Assembly: GCF_000143415.4 (NCBI RefSeq)
Contig: NW_003314691.1
Span: forward strand, 1-7,010
Source: Selaginella moellendorffii
Lineage: Eukaryota > Plantae > Lycopodiophyta
DNA: 7,010 bases
Direction of reading: 5' to 3'
Every line of letters starts with the position of its first letter. The first letter of the stretch is position 1. Below the pieces are notes generated by a model that did no database searches, was not told the DNA's origin, and saw nothing but the letters and a program-made list of their open reading frames with translations. This document shows positions 1 through 7,010 of the stretch, in pieces. The position numbers were made by a program, and so were the translations under genes.

Positions 1-1811
1 GTGAGCTCCTCTTTTCCTTGTCCGGCGATGATGTTGCTAAGGAGGTGAGCTTGAGCTGTGGCTCAAGCTCGACTCGCATCAACGCCAGAGCTTTCTCACT
101 GAATTCTCGAGGATCCAGGTGCTGGACTCCGGCGTTACGAGTGTCGTCACTGAGCTGTGCTTTCAGCCTGGAAACACTCTTCACTAAGTAGCTCTTGGAA
201 ACATTGAAGCACTCACCTCAAAATCTCCTCGCCAAGCAAGGCGCTCTTGGGGTCCTGGTTGATACGAGGTGCGTTCCTGATGCTCCTTGCGCGGTTGGCA
301 TATCTCAGTGTGCTGACGGTCTCTTCGTAGTTATGCTCCGAAGGGCCGATGTTTGCAACCATCACTGTCTTGGCGTTTCCACCCAGTGAATCTTGCAAAA
401 GCCTCGTCAGCTTTGAGTCTCTATACGGGATATGCGTGCTTTTTCCGTCAGCCAACGCAGATATTACGTTTCCCAAAGCCATGAGAGACCAATTTATGTT
501 GGTCAGCTCTCGGAATCTTTTCCCTTTGGCACCGGCTTTGCTCATTCTTTCACTTCCGGCCAGGTCGACCTGAAATACTGAAGCAAGTTAGAATCGAGAA
601 ACAAGAAAAGAAAAAAATACCAGATGAAGTTTTCCAACGCGAACATGAAGGCGTTTCCCTGGATCATTCTCGGCGACGTAACTAGCCTCGACAGTCACAG
701 TAAAGATTGAATGCGAACGAGACGAATCTTGGTTCATCAGAGTCGCTCCAACAGATCTGTTTTTCTTTCCTACCTACAAAAAAAGAAGGAATGCACCTTC
801 AGTGTCAATTACTAGTAGAGAAAAAAACTTACCATTAGTAAATGCAAGATGTCTGATAAGCTGTGCATTCTGCGGCACGTAAGGTTCTTCACAAAAATTC
901 CAACGTCAGCGCTTTCTATCAGCTCCAGCTTTGTGCTGGCGGCAGAAGAGCCTGGTACCANNNNNNNNNNNNNNNNNNNNNNNNNNNNNNNNNNNNNNNN
1001 NNNNNNNNNNNNNNNNNNNNNNNNNNNNNNNNNNNNNNNNNNNNNNNNNNNNNNNNNNNNNNNNNNNNNNNNNNNNNNNNNNNNNNNNNNNNNNNNNNNN
1101 NNNNNNNNNNNNNNNNNNNNNNNNNNNNNNNNNNNNNNNNNNNNNNNNNNNNNNNNNNNNNNNNNNNNNNNNNNNNNNNNNNNNNNNNNNNNNNNNNNNN
1201 NNNNNNNNNNNNNNNNNNNNNNNNNNNNNNNNNNNNNNNNNNNNNNNNNNNNNNNNNNNNNNNNNNNNNNNNNNNNNNNNNNNNNNNNNNNNNNNNNNNN
1301 NNNNNNNNNNNNNNNNNNNNNNNNNNNNNNNNNNNNNNNNNNNNNNNNNNNNNNNNNNNNNNNNNNNNNNNNNNNNNNNNNNNNNNNNNNNNNNNNNNNN
1401 NNNNNNNNNNNNNNNNNNNNNNNNNNNNNNNNNNNNNNNNNNNNNNNNNNNNNNNNNNNNNNNNNNNNNNNNNNNNNNNNNNNNNNNNNNNNNNNNNNNN
1501 NNNNNNNNNNNNNNNNNNNNNNNNNNNNNNNNNNNNNNNNNNNNNNNNNNNNNNNNNNNNNNNNNNNGCCAAGCAACTTTCCGACTCTAAGCACGAGAAT
1601 GCAGCTAAGATTTCATCTCGAGAAGAATTTCGCGATTCTAGAGCACGATTAATGCAATGCGGGATCGAAATACCTCGATCCTGTGCTGCCGCGTGAAAAC
1701 CTTGACGCAGCTCCGGCGCCGGGCGACAAGCTCTCTGTGAGACATCGGGCGGCAGCGCACGACGACCTGGACGCGCTCCCGGCCGCTGGAGGGAGCGTCC
1801 GCCGTCGCCAT
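1..1811 (-). CDS. Kinesin-2 family (KIF3/FLA8/FLA10-like) motor; partial, spliced, interrupted by an assembly gap
   Basis: Manually spliced minus-strand exons: 1811-1674 ([23 protein letters not shown]...RIE, donor GTATTT); the region around gap 961-1567 is unresolved; 960-833 (...[17 protein letters not shown]...LLM, donor GTAAGT); 773-621 ([29 protein letters not shown]...VRVGKLHL, switch I); 569-217 (VDLAGSER switch [32 protein letters not shown], neck [10 protein letters not shown]); 167-1 (RLKAQLSDD..., open to the window edge). Resolved introns are 59, 51 and 49 nt, all GT-AG and in phase. [23 protein letters not shown] and the INxDPKxALL..EEIxRLKAQL neck match kinesin-2 as I recall it. 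The P-loop is not visible and presumably lies in the gap. Confidence 0.93.
961..1567. other. Assembly gap (607 N)
   Basis: Uninterrupted run of N inside the kinesin gene, where the P-loop-coding exons are expected. Confidence 1.
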
Positions 1812-1824
1812 CGCATCCTTGCGC

Positions 1825-1854
1825 AAACCCTAGCTCCAAGAAAACAAAACCCTA
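1825..1854. promoter_or_regulatory. Two telo-box motifs (AAACCCTA at 1825-1832 and 1847-1854) just upstream of the kinesin start codon
   Basis: Exact AAACCCTA matches. The telo-box is an established plant promoter/5'UTR element; function here is inferred. Confidence 0.5.
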
Positions 1855-1880
1855 GAATCAAAATTCCGTGTCATGTGAAA

Positions 1881-1890
1881 TCTAACGGTC
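1881..1890 (+). promoter_or_regulatory. MSA-like element (TCTAACGGTC) in the divergent promoter
   Basis: Matches YCYAACGGYY of the mitosis-specific activator consensus, lacking only the final A. A degenerate copy TCCACGGTCA is at 1896-1905. Confidence 0.4.
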
Positions 1891-2063
1891 GCGGATCCAC
1901 GGTCACATGGATGGAGGAACACGCAGCATGGGCCTGGACACCATAACCTCTTGCGGGAACAAAATATTTGGCCGTCTCTGCGAGCTCTGGCTTTGTTGCC
2001 TCTTCGTCAAGGTAATTTTAATCACTGTCTTCCTTGTCCCAAGACAGCACCATGGTCAGAGCT

Positions 2064-2070
2064 TATAAAA
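2064..2070 (+). promoter_or_regulatory. Possible TATA box (TATAAAA)
   Basis: TATAAAA about 170-235 nt upstream of the candidate ATGs at 2236/2299. It could instead lie in a 5'UTR intron starting at donor-like AG|GTAATT (2012). Confidence 0.3.
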
Positions 2071-2298
2071 AGCAAAGAAATCGATTGACACTATCTCTGC
2101 AAGCTCTCAGCTCTAAGGTTTTAAATCGCCCTTGTCTTCTTGTCTCAATACAGGCACCCAGTTTTTCTAAGGAGTGAGAGAGAAAGAGCTCGACCAAGTG
2201 AAGAAAATCCTCCTTTAAGCTTAATCCATGGAAGCATGGAGGATATAAAGCTAGCTCTGGAGCTCCCAGAGCTTGAGGGCAGAAGCGTCATAGAAGAG

Positions 2299-3147
2299 AT
2301 GGGTGTGTGCTTGTCAAAGGCATCCACGAGAGCTTCTTCTTCCTCTTGGATTTGTAGCGATGTCCACTACATGAGCGGGGTTTTCAGCGAGGAGGAATCG
2401 TCTCAAGAGAGCGCCGCGCGAGCCTCCACCGATAGCTGCGACTCGTCCATCTCCAGGCTCAAGCACTTTTGCCTCTGTGGTCCACCTTTGATCTCCAACT
2501 CGGTGCTGGAAAATGCGAGCTTGATGGCGCATATGGAGCAGAAATCTCTGCGAGAGACGGCGATGATCCGGCTCAAGAAGCTGTCGCTGATGCCAGTGGG
2601 AAGAATCGATGACGAAGCTGGCGTCCCGGGGCCGCAGAATTCACCAGTCTCGACCTGGCAGCATCCGATCATCGTCGATGTGAGTGAAGTGATCGATCCA
2701 TCGCCGGAGGAGCAACCGATCCAGCTGGTTGCCCAGGAAAATGTACTTGGAGTCTTTGGCGGCTTCCACTCCTCAAGTCGATTGCTAGATCTCAGCAGCA
2801 GCCAGGGATCGTCGCAAGGAGCGTTTGGGTCGCCCCTCTCGGTAGAAATCCCGCTTCTCGATCCGGCATTCTCTGGCGATTTCGATGACCACGCCTCCGA
2901 TTCTAGCTCAGATCTCTTCGAGCTGGAAAGCCTGGTGGCAACGTCGACGACGACGACTCCGACTCTTACCTCGGCGCGATCTTCGATCGATCCGGACGAA
3001 GCCTCGAAGGAAGAGAGATCTACGCAAGAAATGGGAGCTTTGGATGGGCTAGCAGCAGCGGATGGGCCTAGAACATACCTCATTGTTTACTCCATCTCCG
3101 GGAAGCGCGCAAAAGTGTCGTCTTCATCCTCCTGGAAGACTGTGTAG
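2299..3147 (+). CDS. Intronless Ser/acidic-rich protein (282 aa) with N-terminal MGVCLSK motif and PKS/BIG GRAIN1-type SSDLFEL motif
   Basis: Open frame 2140-3147 with in-frame ATGs at 2236 (303 aa) and 2299 (MGVCLSKAST...). MGxCxS fits plant N-myristoylation plus S-acylation signals. DDHASDSSSDLFELESL (2884-2934) resembles the conserved SD(A/S)SSDLFE(I/L) motif of PHYTOCHROME KINASE SUBSTRATE and BIG GRAIN1-like proteins. The family call rests on this one short motif; the start codon is uncertain. Confidence 0.65.
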   Translation: MGVCLSKASTRASSSSWICSDVHYMSGVFSEEESSQESAARASTDSCDSSISRLKHFCLCGPPLISNSVLENASLMAHMEQKSLRETAMIRLKKLSLMPVGRIDDEAGVPGPQNSPVSTWQHPIIVDVSEVIDPSPEEQPIQLVAQENVLGVFGGFHSSSRLLDLSSSQGSSQGAFGSPLSVEIPLLDPAFSGDFDDHASDSSSDLFELESLVATSTTTTPTLTSARSSIDPDEASKEERSTQEMGALDGLAAADGPRTYLIVYSISGKRAKVSSSSSWKTV

Positions 3148-3168
3148 CATAGTGACAATTACTCGATC

Positions 3169-3180
3169 CGCCACGTGGCG
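3169..3180. promoter_or_regulatory. Palindromic G-box (CGCCACGTGGCG)
   Basis: Perfect 12-bp palindrome containing GCCACGTGGC, a classic bZIP/bHLH site, about 270 nt upstream of the ROP ATG. Confidence 0.6.
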
Positions 3181-3207
3181 ACAATGTCAAAGGATATTCC
3201 CTCGGCA

Positions 3208-3224
3208 TCCAACGGCTAGGGTTT
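3208..3224 (+). promoter_or_regulatory. MSA element (TCCAACGGCTA, 3208-3218) overlapping a reverse telo-box (TAGGGTTT, 3217-3224)
   Basis: Exact match to YCYAACGGYYA and to the reverse complement of AAACCCTA, upstream of ROP. Confidence 0.5.
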
Positions 3225-3415
3225 TTCATATTTGTGCCGGGGAAGGAACGAGGGTTTGTGCTGGATTAGGGCTTTGCGCAGCGGCAAGATCCAGCTCCTC
3301 CGGCATGGCGATGGCTGCGCGCGCGTCGCATTGTTCCATTTGACAGGTTGCTTGGATTTCTTCTTGGGAATAGTGGGATTTTTTCTCGATTTGGGAGAGG
3401 AACAGTGGAATGTAG

Positions 3416-4438
<1,023 letters not shown>

Positions 4439-4723
4439 AGCGGAGTTGCGGAGTTTTTTAGATGGATCGCCACAGAGAACATCAACCGGTTCCATCGATT
4501 TAACGTTACCAACATATCACACAGATTGGAAAGAAAGAAAATTTCTTATTGCTACTAGCATTTAGTACGTTAAAAAGGATATGCCAAGTGTAAGCTAATT
4601 TTTAAGAAGAAAACCCACCCTCAATAGTGGGGATCTTTGTTAGTTATTGTGGGAGGGAAGACAAGGAGACAGGCAGTAGGAGCTAGGGCAACGAGAAATT
4701 TCCCCATTCTCAAGTGGAACGCT

Positions 4724-4957
4724 ATGGCGGATTCTTGCGAGGGCTCGGTGCTGGAAGAGGATATCGATGACGATTACAATCCCACAGGCGAAGGCGAAGG
4801 TGAGATCGATGAAATTTTCGCCGGTTTTCTTTCTTCCTTCCGTAGAGATCGTTGAGTTGGAGCTCGAGGCCTTCTTAGAATTGGTAGGCGAGGATTGAAA
4901 GAGTCTTTTGTAGTGGAATGGAGGCCGTTTTGTGAGGGAAAAAGAGAGAATAGTTAA
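4724..4957 (+). pseudogene. CEP164: Apparently frameshifted 5' region of a CEP164-like gene (N-terminal acidic motif and WW-adjacent segment)
   Basis: Exon 4724-4799 encodes MADSCEGSVLEEDIDDDYNPTGEGE, and after a 46-nt GT-AG intron (4800-4845) continues EIVE; compare recalled human CEP164 VLEEDYDETYIPSEQEILE. That frame stops at TGA 4896-4898. A different frame (4868-4930) reads GLLRIGRRGLKESFVVEWRPF, matching [21 protein letters not shown], and stops at TAA 4955-4957. Confidence 0.6.
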
Positions 4958-5130
4958 AACAATGCCGAGGGCTGTTTGGAATCCGTAAGTTTTTTTGTTT
5001 ACAGCCTTTGTTCTAAGTTTGCTAGACTACTCAGACCAGCGCACGAACTTGTACAGGGAATGCGCTCACACTATAATCAGGTAGCCTTGCTTTGTTCTTC
5101 TGCTTGTAAATAGCGGCACTGCTTGTGTAG

Positions 5131-6399
5131 AAACTGAAACTTCAACACAGGCGATTTCATTGCTTCCGAGGATGTTTCCACCAAAGCGTTTGCGTAAGAA
5201 AGGTTTTGTTGTGTATTTCCTAAGAATGCTGCTTAAACTTGGCAGAACCAGTCAGCCCGAGAGCTCGAGCTGATATTGGACGCCTTCCAAGTCCCAGTAA
5301 GATTAGTTTCTTGTCCAGTGTCATGTATTTCTCTCTTTTCTTTGCAGCCGCACCCGTAGAGCAAGGAAGCACTCAGGGCTCAATGGTGAAGTGGAAGTCT
5401 AGCGAAGGAAAAGATAGCCAGGGTGGCCTGCAATACAACGTACCGCAGCCGAGAGGTGATGGGGATGAAGCGGAGCAAAAGAAGGGCCAAAGATCGATGC
5501 TGAGTAGCTTACGAACAATGGAGCAACCTCGACTTTCTCCAAATTACACGTCCATGCAAACGGAGTTGCTGGAGAAGGTAAAGAAGGACCTCGAGGAGGA
5601 AGGCTGCAATTTGATGGAACAGAGGCGAAGGGATGTCATTGAAGAGGTCGAAAGGCAAATAGATGAGGAGAGGAAGAGGCTGCAAGAGATACAGAACTCG
5701 AAGCTTCAAGAAGATCTGGAGCTCGAGTATAAACTTCTCGAGCAGAAGGAGCTGGAGAGGAAGCGTGCTTGGGAGGAGAGGCTCAAACAGGAAGAAGAGG
5801 AGAGCGCAAAGATGGCCAAAGATCTTGCAGAGCGGAGGAAAAAGACAGAGGAGGATCTTACAAAGGTGTTGGAGCTGGAGACGAAGAGCTTCGAGCTGGA
5901 AAGCTTGCAGCGGCTGAACTCTTTCAGAGCGGCTCTGGAGGACGAAGAGCTAAAGCTAATCGAATCGGAGAAAACAAAGACTTTGGCTCTCGTCGAGGAC
6001 AAAGTTCTAGCAGAGGAGGAGCTCGTCGCGAAGGAGATGAAGAAGGACGCTCTTGGAAGGATGAAGCTACTGGCCCAGGCGCTGGAAACGGCCGTTTACG
6101 AAAGGGAACTGGAGGTGGCGAGACAGAGGGCGATGGAGCGGGTGGAATGGGAAAGAAAGGAGCTCCGGATGAAGATCGAGAGGGAAGTGGACGAGGAAGT
6201 GGCCAGTTTCAAGGAAGATCTTGTGAAGGAGAGGAGGGAGCGAATGCTACAGCAGGTTTGCAGGAGGATTTGCGAAGAACACAGGCTCCATTACGAGGTA
6301 ATCTCATTCCCGATCGAAGGAAGTTCTAACTCCAAGCAGGCTTTGTCGCGAGGAAACTTTGGTGTCCCGGACAAAGCGTTCATGGCTGCGAGGTTCTGA
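5131..6399 (+). CDS. Glu/Lys/Arg-rich coiled-coil protein, probably the body of the CEP164-like gene; 5' end uncertain
   Basis: Phase-consistent exons 5131 (or 5151)-5193, 5246-5296, 5348-6297 and 6340-6399 (stop TGA), with GT-AG introns of 52, 51 and 42 nt; the last has a CTAAC branch-site motif. The 950-nt exon is stop-free and E/K/R/L-rich (e.g. LLEQKELERKRAWEERLKQEEEE). The link to CEP164 is inferred from position downstream of the CEP164-like N-terminus. Confidence 0.75.
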
Positions 6400-6425
6400 A
6401 AAGTCTCCAAAAGTTTTCCAGCTCC

Positions 6426-6431
6426 AATAAA
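6426..6431 (+). terminator. Candidate polyadenylation signal AATAAA
   Basis: AATAAA 27 nt after the TGA ending at 6399. Confidence 0.35.
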
Positions 6432-6559
6432 GCAGCCATTAGAACGCATGATCGATCGAAAGCTGCAAGTAGACGAGCGAGCGAGTAAAACTTCCGTGAT
6501 CGTGTGTCAACACGAGTTTAACTGTTGGTAAAAGTTCTCGGCAGTAAACGTAGATAATT

Positions 6560-7010
6560 TATAAAGGGCGGGCAGTGTGAACGGAGTTAATGGCTGGGAA
6601 TGAGCTTGGTTTTCCGGGGAGGACGCTAAACCCTTATTCCTAGCAGTATTGTTTTTGCGGCCGATAAACTGGGCTAGGTGGGAGAAGGGCTTTGATTTTA
6701 TTTGTGGAGCGCGACGACGGCGGAGGAGTGATTTCTTCGGCGCTGTTGCTCCAGCGCGCGAGCACGACGGCGGCAGCTGCGAATTCCTTCCCGGCGCGCA
6801 GGAAATCGCGATGGAGGAGGCGTCTTGACCTAATTCGAGGTGCGGCATTGTTAGGGTTTTTGGGATTGATGGAGAGCTCCCAGGCAGCAGGCGCTTCCGC
6901 GTTTTAGGCCTCCAGGAAGAAGAAGCTCGAATGTGCAATTCGAACATCTCAGGCTAGGGATTTATGGGGGCTGCCTGCCCTCTGGGCGGTTACTTGGGAG
7001 CCCTTTTTTT
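6560..7010 (+). promoter_or_regulatory. Probable promoter and 5' leader of a gene beyond the window
   Basis: TATAAA at 6560-6565, GC-rich stretch about 6705-6830, reverse telo-box TAGGGTTT at 6852-6859 (same orientation as before ROP), several short ATG-initiated ORFs, and no recognisable protein in any frame. Confidence 0.35.

Noticed and set aside
812-1839. Long ORFs (219-306 aa) spanning the N run
   Set aside because: Artefacts of stop-free N's; only the flanking minus-strand kinesin exons are supported.
2941-2958. Short (ACG)n run
   Set aside because: Encodes a Thr tract within the ORF; too short to call a repeat.
2403-3083. 226-aa antisense ORF
   Set aside because: Shadow of the plus-strand ORF, with no recognisable motif.
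4884-4913. GT...AG as a 30-nt intron rescuing the CEP164-like frame
   Set aside because: Shorter than any other intron here, and it would remove the segment that best matches CEP164 in the other frame.
5509-6329. Alternative-frame and antisense ORFs over the coiled-coil exon
   Set aside because: Expected by-products of purine-rich, low-complexity coding sequence.
6858-6881. Resemblance to miR159/319 mature sequence (TTTGGGATTGATGGAGAGCTCC)
   Set aside because: Needs gaps and mismatches, no complementary star arm is visible upstream, and the minus strand does not encode the GAMYB target peptide.
6507-6947. 146-aa minus-strand ORF
   Set aside because: No recognisable domain or coding-like composition; plus-strand promoter/leader signals explain the region better, though it is not strictly excluded.

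Overview
Eukaryotic, very gene-dense plant DNA with short GT-AG introns (about 42-82 nt). A plant-specific ROP GTPase lies beside two cilium/basal-body genes, which points to a plant lineage with flagellated sperm; a Selaginella-like lycophyte is my inference, not a proven assignment. Left to right: (1) a minus-strand kinesin-2 (KIF3/FLA10-like) gene, interrupted by a 607-nt N gap and running off the left edge; (2) a divergently transcribed intronless Ser-rich ORF with an MGVCLSK acylation-type motif and the SDSSSDLFELESL motif typical of PKS/BIG GRAIN1-like proteins; (3) a complete 7-exon type I ROP/RAC GTPase (196 aa, C-terminal CTIL), which the ORF track misses; (4) a CEP164-like gene whose conserved N-terminal/WW region appears split across reading frames while its long coiled-coil exon is intact; (5) a probable promoter/5' leader of a further gene at the right edge. 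The most notable observations are the apparently decaying CEP164 N-terminus, the divergent kinesin-2 neck, and the possibly myristoylated PKS/BG1-motif protein. Family assignments rest on recalled motifs, not database searches.
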